Shown here piece after piece: positions 8,502 through 17,579 of a stretch of 64,000 bases of DNA (positions within the stretch are counted from its first letter, which is position 1; each line of letters opens with the position of its first letter). A model generated the notes under the pieces. That model ran no database searches, was not told where the DNA came from, and was given only the letters and a program-made list of their open reading frames with translations. The stretch is from an uncultured Acidobacteriota bacterium. Its GTDB lineage: Bacteria > Acidobacteriota > Vicinamibacteria > Vicinamibacterales > Fen-181. The stretch covers positions 82,826-146,825 of the forward strand of contig CAVSGZ010000007.1 of assembly GCA_963727765.1 (NCBI GenBank), read 5' to 3'. The position numbers and the translations under genes were made by a program.

Positions 8502-11420
8502 ATGTATCGTGTGATGCTCGCAGCCGTGCTCGCTCTCGCGCTGGCTGCCGTTCCCGCCGCGGCTCAGTCGCAGGCGGCCAACGGCTCCATCGAGGGCTCG
8601 GTCGTCGACACCTCAGGCGGCGTGCTCCCGGGCGTCACGGTGACGGTGACCAACACCGACACCGGGGCCCAGCGCGTCGTCGTCAGCAACGAGGCCGGGC
8701 TCTTCCGCGCCCTCCTGCTGCCGCTCGGCACGTACAAGGTCGTGGCGGAACTCCAGGGATTCAAGAAGTACGAGGAGTTGGGGATCAAATTGAGCGTTGG
8801 CCAGACGGTGACGCTCAAGGTCACGATGGGCGTCGGGGCGGTGACCGAGACGGTGGAGGTCAACGCGGCCGACAAGCCGGCGCTCGAACTGGCCCGCATC
8901 GACATCGGCCACACGATGACCGACCAGGAGGTGCACGAGCTGCCGCTGGTCGCGCGCAACCCGTACAACTTCGCGCTCGTGCAGCCGGGCGTCACCGGTT
9001 ATGAGAACGTGGAGTTCGGCGTGCCCAGGCTCGCGGCCAACGGTGCGGCGATGCGCATCAATTACCAGATCGACGGCAACACGAACACCGAGAAAGACCG
9101 TGCGGGGCTGCGCCTGCTGCCGATGTCCGAGGTCATGATCCAGGAGGTCAAGGTCGTGACCACGGGCTTCGCGCCCGAGTTCGGCCAGACGATGGGCATG
9201 GTCTACAACGCCGTGACGCCGTCGGGCACGAACCAGTACCACGGCCAGGCGAGCTACCTGTTCCGCCGCAATCCATTCAGCGCGTTCCCGTTCTTCTTCG
9301 GGTGCGGCAGCACGACGCCGGCGGCCAACTGCCCGCCGATCTCGTCGACCGCCGTCCGCCCGGCGACCAAGGTCGACACGTTTACCGGCGATGTCGGCGG
9401 CCCGATCGTGAAGAACAAGCTGTTCTTCTACGGCGGATTCGAGCAGACCCGCCGCGACCTCTCGTCCACCTCACTCATCACCGTCAGCCCGGACATCGTG
9501 TCGCAGCTGGGCCTGCCGGCGCAGCCGGCCGCCGCGCCCAACGTGCAGACGGGGAAGTTCATCATCGCGAAGGCGGACTACCAGATCAACAACCACCACC
9601 GGTTCACCGGCCGCTGGCTGCAGTTCCACAACGACGCGCCCTACAACAGCGGCGGCGGCATCCTGACGCTGCAGCGCGCCACCAACTTCCTCGACGCGAT
9701 GGACTCGGTGTCCGGCCAGCTGGCGTCGACGTTCGGCTCGAACCTGCTCAACGAGTTCCGCGTGCAGTACGCGCACCGGCACCAAAGCTCGGTGGCCAAC
9801 TCCGACTCGGGGACGGGCCCGGCGATCCTGATCAGCGGCGTGATCGGGTTCGGCGGCCCGTGGTCAGCCACCGGCCAGGGGAACGCGGGGTTCGACTTCA
9901 AGCAGAACATCTCGCAGGTGATCGACAACGTCACCTACGTGTGGGGCGAGCACAGCTTCAAGGCCGGATTCGACCTCCAGCACATCTACGACGAGCGGAC
10001 CGCGGCGCCGCAGTTCCTCTACACGTTCCCGACGGTCGCCTCGTATCTAGCGGCCGAGGCCGGCACCGCTCCCATGGGCTATTCGTCGATGACGCAGCTG
10101 ACCGGGGACCGGACCTTCAACATGTCGACCAACATCATGAGCCTGTTCGTCCAGGACGACTGGCAGATCCGGCCGAATGTGAAGATGCTGTACGGCGTCC
10201 GGTACGACCTCTACCTCTATCCCTCGGGCCTGGCGAATGCGCCGCTGACGCAGACGCAGTCGTTCAACATCGACAAGAACAACTTCGGCCCGCGCGTTGG
10301 CGTGGCGTGGACGCTCAACCCGACCACCGTGCTGCGCGCGAGCACCGGGCTGATGTACGACCAGCCCATCCTCGGCGGCTACGAGCAGGCCCTGCAGCTC
10401 TCGGGCTCGCCGAAGGCGCCGATCTACACGTTCACCCCGACCTCGCAGGGCGCGCCGGCGTTTCCGAATGGCGTGACGACGGGCTCGCTCGCGCAGCAGT
10501 CGCCGTGGGCCGTGGATCCGAACTTCGTGGTCGGGCGCACGTGGCAGTCCAACGTCCAGATCGAGCACGCCTTCAGGCGTGACTTCTCGGTGTCCGCCGG
10601 GTTCATGTACGCCAGGGGCTACTCACTGCCGGTGGTCACCGACGTGAACCTGATTCCCACGGGCAGCACGCTGGCTGACGGCCGCCCGATCTATAGCGGG
10701 ACGGTCAACTCGACCACGCGCGTGAACCCGACCTTCAACCACATCTACGAGGTGCAGTCGATCGGCGACTCGACCTTCAAGTCGTTCACCCTGCAGGTGA
10801 CCAAGCGCTTCGCCCAGGGGCTGACCTTCAACATCCAGTACCAGCTCGGCAAGGGGACCGACGACACGCCGCTGCTCACGCAGTTGACCGTGCAGTCGGA
10901 GAGCGGCCGGTCCGACCCGAGCAACCTGCAGCGCGATACCGGCCCGAACCCGCTCGACATGCGCCAGAACTTCACGGGCAACATCGTGTGGGTGACGTCG
11001 AGCAACGCGTCGAATCGCATCGCCCGGGCCCTGCTCAGCGGCAACGAGATCGGCGTGCTGCTGCAGTTCAACAGCGGCCTGCCGGTGAACATCGCGGCCA
11101 ACCGGGACCTCAACGGGGACGGCGTGAGCAGCGACCGCCCGCTCTACGTCGCCCGCAACTCGCTCTACCTGCCGGCCCGGAAGAACGTGGACATGCGCTA
11201 CACGCGAATGGTCCCGATCCACGGGAGCGTCAAGGGCGAGGTCATCATGGAGCTCAAGAACGTCTTCAACACGCAGCAGATGGCGGGCATCAACACGACG
11301 GTGGCCGTGGACACGTCCGGCAACCCGACGGCGACGATCCCGACCGACCCGTATCAGTTCCCGAACCCCTCCGGTTACGAACAGCGGAAGTTCCAGCTCG
11401 GCTTCCGCGTCAGGTTCTAG
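8502..11420 (+). CDS. TonB-dependent receptor with N-terminal carboxypeptidase-regulatory-like domain
   Basis: ATG 8502 lies 9 nt after GGAGGA. Signal peptide AVPAAAQS. GSIEGSVVDTSGGVLPGVTVTVTNTDTG... (CarboxypepD_reg), then a plug and a long beta-barrel. Ends ...KFQLGFRVRF. Confidence 0.9.
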   Translation: MYRVMLAAVLALALAAVPAAAQSQAANGSIEGSVVDTSGGVLPGVTVTVTNTDTGAQRVVVSNEAGLFRALLLPLGTYKVVAELQGFKKYEELGIKLSVGQTVTLKVTMGVGAVTETVEVNAADKPALELARIDIGHTMTDQEVHELPLVARNPYNFALVQPGVTGYENVEFGVPRLAANGAAMRINYQIDGNTNTEKDRAGLRLLPMSEVMIQEVKVVTTGFAPEFGQTMGMVYNAVTPSGTNQYHGQASYLFRRNPFSAFPFFFGCGSTTPAANCPPISSTAVRPATKVDTFTGDVGGPIVKNKLFFYGGFEQTRRDLSSTSLITVSPDIVSQLGLPAQPAAAPNVQTGKFIIAKADYQINNHHRFTGRWLQFHNDAPYNSGGGILTLQRATNFLDAMDSVSGQLASTFGSNLLNEFRVQYAHRHQSSVANSDSGTGPAILISGVIGFGGPWSATGQGNAGFDFKQNISQVIDNVTYVWGEHSFKAGFDLQHIYDERTAAPQFLYTFPTVASYLAAEAGTAPMGYSSMTQLTGDRTFNMSTNIMSLFVQDDWQIRPNVKMLYGVRYDLYLYPSGLANAPLTQTQSFNIDKNNFGPRVGVAWTLNPTTVLRASTGLMYDQPILGGYEQALQLSGSPKAPIYTFTPTSQGAPAFPNGVTTGSLAQQSPWAVDPNFVVGRTWQSNVQIEHAFRRDFSVSAGFMYARGYSLPVVTDVNLIPTGSTLADGRPIYSGTVNSTTRVNPTFNHIYEVQSIGDSTFKSFTLQVTKRFAQGLTFNIQYQLGKGTDDTPLLTQLTVQSESGRSDPSNLQRDTGPNPLDMRQNFTGNIVWVTSSNASNRIARALLSGNEIGVLLQFNSGLPVNIAANRDLNGDGVSSDRPLYVARNSLYLPARKNVDMRYTRMVPIHGSVKGEVIMELKNVFNTQQMAGINTTVAVDTSGNPTATIPTDPYQFPNPSGYEQRKFQLGFRVRF

Positions 11421-11433
11421 AGACTCGAAAGGG

Positions 11434-11465
11434 CGGCCCGGTCCGGCGGAAGCCGGGCCGGGTCG
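11434..11465. terminator. GC-rich hairpin between convergent genes (bidirectional terminator candidate)
   Basis: CCCGGTCCGGC-GGAA-GCCGGGCCGGG (11 bp with one U.G pair), extendable by flanking pairs. Lies 14 nt after the receptor stop codon. Confidence 0.45.
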
Positions 11466-11500
11466 CCCCCTCGACTGCCCAATCCGGCGCCAGGCGCCGG

Positions 11501-11815
11501 CTATCTGTCGCTCAGCCTGTCCATCGTGTTCTGCAGGATTTTCCTCAGCTTCTCCGCGGCCCCGTCCACGGCCTCGTGCAGCGTGCCGGCCTGGTGGGTG
11601 ACCGCGATCGGCTGGAGGCCGCCAATCCTCGCCTCCAGCAGGCAGCGTTTGTCATCGGCGCCGCCCTTGTGACCGTTGATGTCGCTCAGGTGAACTTCGA
11701 CGCGCGTGATGCGCGGCGTCCATCGGCGCACAGCGCTCTCCACGGCCTCCTCGACCGTCTGCGCGAGGATCGCGTTTCCCTTGACGCTGCTGTCGGCATG
11801 CACCTGGACCTGCAT
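11501..11815 (-). CDS. HPF/RaiA-family ribosome-associated (hibernation) protein, short form
   Basis: ATG 11815 lies 8 nt after AGGAGG. MQVQVHADSS...ITRVEVHLSDINGHKGGADDKRCLLEARIGGLQPIAVTHQAGTLHEAVDGAAEKL matches the short HPF/RaiA family pattern. Confidence 0.8.
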   Translation of the reverse strand: MQVQVHADSSVKGNAILAQTVEEAVESAVRRWTPRITRVEVHLSDINGHKGGADDKRCLLEARIGGLQPIAVTHQAGTLHEAVDGAAEKLRKILQNTMDRLSDR

Positions 11816-11923
11816 CGATGTGTCCTCCTGTGGCCTAGGGGGTCTTCGTTCGCGAAAAGCCAATCAGCCCGAGTAGCACATCCTCGGCCTATCCTGAACC
11901 TCCCTCCTTCCTACCTCCTATTT

Positions 11924-11958
11924 CATACTTAGTACTTCATACTTCGCACTTCTAACTT
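11924..11958 (-). repeat. five tandem heptamers (NNNACTT on + strand; AAGTNNN on the hpf strand)
   Basis: CATACTT AGTACTT CATACTT CGCACTT CTAACTT. An AT-rich island in a GC-rich genome, ~110-140 nt upstream of the hpf start. Confidence 0.6.
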
Positions 11959-11982
11959 GTGAGACGCCGCCCTCTCGCGCAA

Positions 11983-12010
11983 GGCCGGACCGACTGACGC
12001 CGGTCCGGCC
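11983..12010 (-). terminator. hairpin downstream of asnA
   Basis: GGCCGGACCG-N8-CGGTCCGGCC, a perfect 10-bp stem, 23 nt beyond the asnA stop (12033). Confidence 0.5.
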
Positions 12011-12032
12011 TCGTCCGCCGCTTCCGAGGTCC

Positions 12033-13162
12033 CTATTCGAGGATGTGAATGTTGTGCCTGGCCGACACGTCCTTGAGCTGCTTCGGCCAGACCGACACGG
12101 TGACCTCGCCGAGGTGGGCCGTCCGCAGCAGGTACATGTAGGTCCGCGACTGCCCGATGCCGCCGCCGATGCTCAGCGGGATCTTGTCGTTCATGATCGC
12201 CTGGTGGTACGGCAGCGCGAGGTTCTCCATCAGGTTCGACGCCTCGAGCTGCTTGACCAGCGTGTCCTTGGTCACGCGGATGCCCATCGAGGTCAATTCG
12301 TGGCGCCGGTGGGTGACCGGGTTCCAGACCAGGATGTCGCCGTTGAGGCCGTGCGTCGGCTTGCCGGTCGCCTTCGAGGTGTCGGTGATCCAGTCGTCGT
12401 AGTCGGCGGCGCGCATCTCGTGCGGGTAGCCGTCGGCGAGCACGTACCCGATGCCGATGATGAAGACCGCAGGGTATTCCTGCAGGATGCGCGTCTCGCG
12501 CTCTTTCCTCGGCAGGTCGGGTACATCTCCAGAAGCTCCTCGGCGTGCAGGAACTTCAGCTCCTCGGGGAAGCCGTCGTACTTCGTGTTCGCCAGCTTGG
12601 GGAACATCTCCTGGGCCATCATGCCGGCGCCGCGGATGACCTTCCAGATCTTCGTGACCACGTCCTTCAGGAAGTCGAGGTTCCGCATGTCGGCCGTGAT
12701 CGCGCGCTCCCAGTCCCACTGGTCCACGTACGAGCTGTGGTCGTGGTCGAGGAAGTAGTCCTTACGAACCGCGCGCATGTCCGTGCAGATCCCCTGGCCG
12801 GGCTGGCAGCCGAACTGCGCCAGCGCGGGCCTCTTCCACTTGGTGGCCGCCTGCACGACCTGCGCGTTGAGCCGGCGCTCGAGGCCGAGACCGCACGGGA
12901 ATTCGACCGGCGTGCGCGAACCGTCGCGATCGAGCATGTCGTTGAGGCCGCTCTCCCGCTCCACGATCAACGGGACCTGCACCATCGTCAGGTTCAGGGC
13001 TTCGCAGAGGTGCTTTTCGATGTAGTCCTTGATGACGTAGAGCGCCCGCATCCGTTCGAGCGGGGGGAGGACCGCCTGGTAATCGTTCGGGAGAATCCGA
13101 TCCACCTCCTCGTAGGTGCTAATGCCCGGTCCCGCCAAATCCTGCTTCTTGTCTCGAACCAT
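12033..13162 (-). pseudogene. asnA: aspartate--ammonia ligase (asparagine synthetase A), single-nt frameshift as read
   Basis: Track ORFs 12293..13162 and 12033..12719 join as ...LHAEELLEMYP/DLPRKERETRILQEYPAVFIIGIG.... Contains GDILVWNP, SMGIRV and GGGIGQSR motifs. One base appears to be missing near 12518 (expected CCGGAC, observed CCGAC). Confidence 0.85.
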
Positions 13163-13317
13163 GAGTTCTCCGCTCCTTGTTGAGATGAGACAACGGCTCC
13201 GACTTCCAACGAGGCAAGCTTACACCCGCTGAGGCCGGCAGGAAAATCGTCTATGATGAAAAGACCCGGTCGGGTCGAGGGCGGTCGCGGACGCACCGGG
13301 TCGACAGGTCGGACTTC

Positions 13318-14430
13318 ATGCCGGGAGTACGTACTGTGGCTGCAATGCGCGAGATTCGTGGGAGCGCACGCGCGCTGCCGATGATGGGGTTGCTGGCGGC
13401 CGTGGCCGCCGGGTGCGGGGGGCGCCCCGCCGCCAGGTCGCCGGCGCCGCCGCCCACGTTGGTGCAGACGGCGGACGTGCGCCAGGTGCCGGTCGAGGAG
13501 AAGTCCGAGTACGTCGCGACGATCGAGTCGTTGTCGTCGACCGACATCAAGCCGGAGGTGAGCGGGGAACTGCGGGCGATCCTGGTGAAGCCGGGCGACC
13601 GCGTGGACCCGTCGACGCCGCTGTTCGAGATCGACCCGGCCCGCCAGCGGGCGACCGTGTCGAGCGAGGACGCCGCACGCGCCGCGCAGGTGGCTTCGAC
13701 GACATTCGCCAGGCAGCAGCTCGACCGCGCCCGGACGCTGTTCCAGGCCGGGGCCGGCAGCCAGCAGGACCTCGACCAGGCGCAGGCGAACTACGACGCC
13801 GCGGTGTCGCAGGTGAACTCGCTCGACGCGCGGGTCAAGCAGGAGCAGGTGACGCTGGGCTACTACGCCGTCCGGGCGCCGCTGACCGGCACGGTCGGCG
13901 ACATCCCGGTCCGCGTCGGCATGCACGTGACGTCGGACACGCTGCTGACCACCGTGGACCGCAACCAGGATCTCGACATCGACGTGAGCGTCCCCCTCGA
14001 GCACGGGGCCGACCTCAAAGTGGGGCTGCCGATCGAGGTGGTTGGCGTCGGGGGAGCCGTCATCGCGCGGACGTCGATCTACTTCGTGTCCCGGCGGGTC
14101 GATGACCAGACGCAGAGTGTGCTCGTCAAGGGCAAGGTGCCGCCGAGCGCGGGCGTCCGGTCGTCGCAGTACGTCCGGGCCCGCATCATCTGGCGCACGC
14201 GGCCGGGTCTCACGGTGCCGGTGCTGTCGGTGGTCCGCATCAACGGCCAGCCGTTCGTGTTCGTCGCCGAGCCGAAGGACGGCTCGCTGACCGTCCGCCA
14301 GCAGCGGATCGAGGTCGGTGACATCATCGGCGACGCCTTCGAGGTGCTCGGCGGGCTGACCGCCGGCCAGCAGATCGTTGTCTCGGGCGCCCAGAAGCTC
14401 GGCAACGGCATGCGTATCCGGACTTCGTAG
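13318..14430 (+). CDS. RND efflux periplasmic adaptor (membrane-fusion protein)
   Basis: Lipobox LLAAVAAGCGG. HlyD-like coiled-coil and beta-barrel regions. Alternative start at ATG 13345. Followed 5 nt later by the RND pump. Confidence 0.85.
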   Translation: MPGVRTVAAMREIRGSARALPMMGLLAAVAAGCGGRPAARSPAPPPTLVQTADVRQVPVEEKSEYVATIESLSSTDIKPEVSGELRAILVKPGDRVDPSTPLFEIDPARQRATVSSEDAARAAQVASTTFARQQLDRARTLFQAGAGSQQDLDQAQANYDAAVSQVNSLDARVKQEQVTLGYYAVRAPLTGTVGDIPVRVGMHVTSDTLLTTVDRNQDLDIDVSVPLEHGADLKVGLPIEVVGVGGAVIARTSIYFVSRRVDDQTQSVLVKGKVPPSAGVRSSQYVRARIIWRTRPGLTVPVLSVVRINGQPFVFVAEPKDGSLTVRQQRIEVGDIIGDAFEVLGGLTAGQQIVVSGAQKLGNGMRIRTS

Positions 14431-14435
14431 CCCAG

Positions 14436-17400
14436 ATGTTTGTCGACGTCTTCATTCGGCGCCCCGTCCTGACCGGCGTGTTCGCGGCCGTCATCGTCCT
14501 CGCCGGCGCCATCTCGATCCCCGTCCTGCCAGTCGCGCAGTTTCCCCAGCTGGCGGCGCCCCAGGTCAACGTCAGCACCGTCTACACGGGCGCCAACGCG
14601 GCCGTCGTCGAGACCGCGGTCACGCAGCCGCTGGAGCAGGCGATCAACGGCGTGCAGGGCATGACCTACATGACGTCGACCAGCGGGAACGACGGGTCGT
14701 GCACGATCACGGTCACCTTCGAGGTGACGCGCGATCCCGACCTGGCCGCCGTCGACGTGCAGAACCGGGTCAACATCGCCTCCGGGCGGCTGCCCCCCGA
14801 GGTGAAGAACGTCGGCGTCACGGTGAGCAAGTCGTCGAGCGGGTTCGTCTTCGGCGCCGCCATCTACTCGGACAACGGGCAGTACGACCCGCTGTTCATG
14901 AGCAACTATGCCGATGTCTACATCCGCGACGCGCTCAAGCGGGTCAACGGCGTCGCCGACGCGCTCATCTTCGGCGAGCGGAAGTACTCGATGCGGCTGT
15001 GGCTCGACGCCGACCGGCTGGCCAGCCGGCAGCTGACGGCCGACGACGTGGTCCGCGCCCTGAGTGATCAGAACGTCCAGGTGGCGGCCGGGCAGGTCGG
15101 GCAGCCGCCCGCCCGCCCCGGCCAGGCCTACCAGATCAGCGTGCGCGCCACGGGCCGGATGACCGACCCGCGGGAGTTCGAGGACATCATCCTCAAGCGC
15201 GGCACCGGGGGCGACCTGGTGCGCGTCAAGGACGTCGGCCGCGCGGAACTGGGCGCCGAGAGCTACACCTCGGAACTGCGGTTCAACGGCAAGCAGGCGG
15301 TCGGCTTCGGCATCACCCAACTACCCACGGCCAACGCCCTCACCGTCTACCGCGACGCGACGGCCGAGCTCCAGCGCCTCTCGAAACGGTTCCCTCCCGG
15401 GATGAAGTACGAGCTGGCCTTCGACAACACGATCATCGTGACCGAGTCGATCCGCGAGGTGCTCATCACGCTGCTCGAGGCGATCGGCCTGGTCGTGCTC
15501 GTGATGTTCCTGTTCCTGCAGGACTGGCGCGCCACGGTCATCCCGACCATCACCATCCCGGTCTCGCTCATCGGCACCTTCGCCTTCGCGCGGCTCCTCA
15601 ACTTCTCGATCAACACGCTGACGCTGTTCGGCATCACGCTGGCCACGGGCCTCGTCGTGGATGACGCAATCGTGGTGGTGGAGAACGTGCAGCGGCACCT
15701 GCACGAGTACGGGAAGAGCGCGCGCGAGGCGGCGTCGGAGGCGATGGCGGAGGTGGTCGGCCCCGTGATCGCCACCGCGCTCGTGCTGGCCGCCGTCTTC
15801 GTGCCGGTCGCGCTGTTCCCGGGGACCACCGGACGGCTCTACCAGCAGTTCGCGCTGACGATCGCCTTCTCGGTCCTCATCTCGGCGTTCAACGCGCTGA
15901 CGCTCACCCCGGCGCTCTCGGCGCTGCTGCTGAGGAGCGAGCGCGCGCCGAGCAGGTTCTTCAAGCCGATCAACTGGGCCATCGACAGCGGCACGAAGAC
16001 CTTCGTGGCCGTCGTGCGGCTCCTCATCAGGCACAGGGTCCCGGTGATCGGCGTGTTCGTTCTCGGCCTCTTCCTGACCTGGTTCGCGTGGACGCACGTT
16101 CCGACCGGGTTCGTCCCGGACGAAGACCCGGGCCTCTTCTACGTCACCGTCCAGGGGCCAAGCGGGGCGTCGCTCGGCTACACCTCGGAGGTGACCAGGC
16201 AGGTCGAGAAGATCCTCTTCGACAACGAGGAGATCAACGGCGTCTTCTGCGTCAACGGGTTCAGCTTCTTCGGGGCCGGCAGCAACCGGGCGACGATGTT
16301 CGTGCGTTTGCGGCCGTTCGGCGAGCGCCCCGGCGAAGAGCACTCGGCGATGGCGGTCATCCAGCGGCTCTACCGCCAGTTCGGCAAGGTGACCGGCGCG
16401 GTGGTGGTGCCGTTCCTGCCGCCCCCCATCCAGGGAATCGGCCGGTTCGGCGGCTTCCAGTTCGAGGTGCTCGACGAAACCAACGGCCCGATCGAAGACC
16501 TTGCGGCCGCCACCACCTCGCTGACCGCGACGGGCAACCACACGCCGGGCCTGATGGGCCTGCTCAATTCGTTCACGGTCGACGATCCCCAGCTGACGGT
16601 GACGGTGGACCGGGAGAAACTGCAGGCGCTCGGCCTGAAGTTCGGCGATGTCGCCGGCACCCTGCAGACGCTGATGGGGTCGAACTACGTCAACGACTTC
16701 GACTTCAACAACCGCTCCTACCGCGTCTACGTCCAGGCCGACCGCGACTTCCGGAGCGAGCCGGGCGACATCGGCCGCTACTACGTCCGCACGCCCGGCG
16801 GGCAGATGGTGCGCCTCGACTCGGTGGTGAAGGTGAAGCTGGGCACGGCGCCGCAGGTCATCAACCACTTCAACCTGTTCCGGTCCACCGAGATCAACGG
16901 GCGCTCGGCGCCGGGTTTCAGCTCAGGCCAGGCGCTGCAGTCGATGGAGACGCTGGCGCGGCAAACGCTGCCGAGCGGCATGACGTTCGCGTGGGCCGGG
17001 CTGTCACTCGAAGAAATCCAGTCGGGCGGGCAGGCGGCGGCGATCTTCGGTCTCGGCCTGCTGCTCGTGTACCTCACCCTGGCGGGGCAGTACGAGAGCC
17101 TGGTCCTGCCGTTCATCATCCTGCTTTCGGTGCCGCTGGCCGTGCTGGGCGCGCTGGGCGCCCAGTGGATTCGCGGTCTCATCAACGACGTCTACTGCCA
17201 GATCGGCCTGGTCATGCTCATCGGACTCGCGGCGAAGAACGGGATCCTCGTCGTCGAGTTCGCCGAGCAGCTGAGGGAGCGCGGGCTCAGCATCCCCGAG
17301 GCGGCCGTCGAAGCGGCGCGGATCCGGCTGCGGCCGATCCTGATGACCTCGTTCGCCTTCATCCTGGGCGTGATGCCGCTCGTGTTCGCGACCGGCGCCG

Positions 17401-17579
17401 GCCGGGCATCACGCCACTCGGTCGGCACCTCGGTGGCCGGCGGCATGCTGTTCTCCACCATGCTCAACGTCGTGATCATCCCCGTCCTCTACGTGGTCGT
17501 CCGCAGCATCGGCAGCGGCGGTGGCAGCCGCTCTGCCGTCCGCCCCGAGGCGGGCAGCGGGGGAGGCCACCATGCCTAG
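14436..17579 (+). CDS. RND efflux transporter permease (AcrB/HAE1-like)
   Basis: 1047 aa. N-terminus MFVDVFIRRPVLTGVFAAVIVLAGAISIP. 12-TM, two-large-loop architecture typical of AcrB-type pumps. Confidence 0.95.
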   Translation: MFVDVFIRRPVLTGVFAAVIVLAGAISIPVLPVAQFPQLAAPQVNVSTVYTGANAAVVETAVTQPLEQAINGVQGMTYMTSTSGNDGSCTITVTFEVTRDPDLAAVDVQNRVNIASGRLPPEVKNVGVTVSKSSSGFVFGAAIYSDNGQYDPLFMSNYADVYIRDALKRVNGVADALIFGERKYSMRLWLDADRLASRQLTADDVVRALSDQNVQVAAGQVGQPPARPGQAYQISVRATGRMTDPREFEDIILKRGTGGDLVRVKDVGRAELGAESYTSELRFNGKQAVGFGITQLPTANALTVYRDATAELQRLSKRFPPGMKYELAFDNTIIVTESIREVLITLLEAIGLVVLVMFLFLQDWRATVIPTITIPVSLIGTFAFARLLNFSINTLTLFGITLATGLVVDDAIVVVENVQRHLHEYGKSAREAASEAMAEVVGPVIATALVLAAVFVPVALFPGTTGRLYQQFALTIAFSVLISAFNALTLTPALSALLLRSERAPSRFFKPINWAIDSGTKTFVAVVRLLIRHRVPVIGVFVLGLFLTWFAWTHVPTGFVPDEDPGLFYVTVQGPSGASLGYTSEVTRQVEKILFDNEEINGVFCVNGFSFFGAGSNRATMFVRLRPFGERPGEEHSAMAVIQRLYRQFGKVTGAVVVPFLPPPIQGIGRFGGFQFEVLDETNGPIEDLAAATTSLTATGNHTPGLMGLLNSFTVDDPQLTVTVDREKLQALGLKFGDVAGTLQTLMGSNYVNDFDFNNRSYRVYVQADRDFRSEPGDIGRYYVRTPGGQMVRLDSVVKVKLGTAPQVINHFNLFRSTEINGRSAPGFSSGQALQSMETLARQTLPSGMTFAWAGLSLEEIQSGGQAAAIFGLGLLLVYLTLAGQYESLVLPFIILLSVPLAVLGALGAQWIRGLINDVYCQIGLVMLIGLAAKNGILVVEFAEQLRERGLSIPEAAVEAARIRLRPILMTSFAFILGVMPLVFATGAGRASRHSVGTSVAGGMLFSTMLNVVIIPVLYVVVRSIGSGGGSRSAVRPEAGSGGGHHA

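Noticed and set aside
13163-13317. Looked for a TetR-type regulator or operator for the RND efflux operon
   Set aside because: No regulator gene is adjacent. The divergent spacer shared with asnA has only weak 4-bp inverted repeats and a duplicated CCGGGTCG octamer, which is not enough to call an operator.
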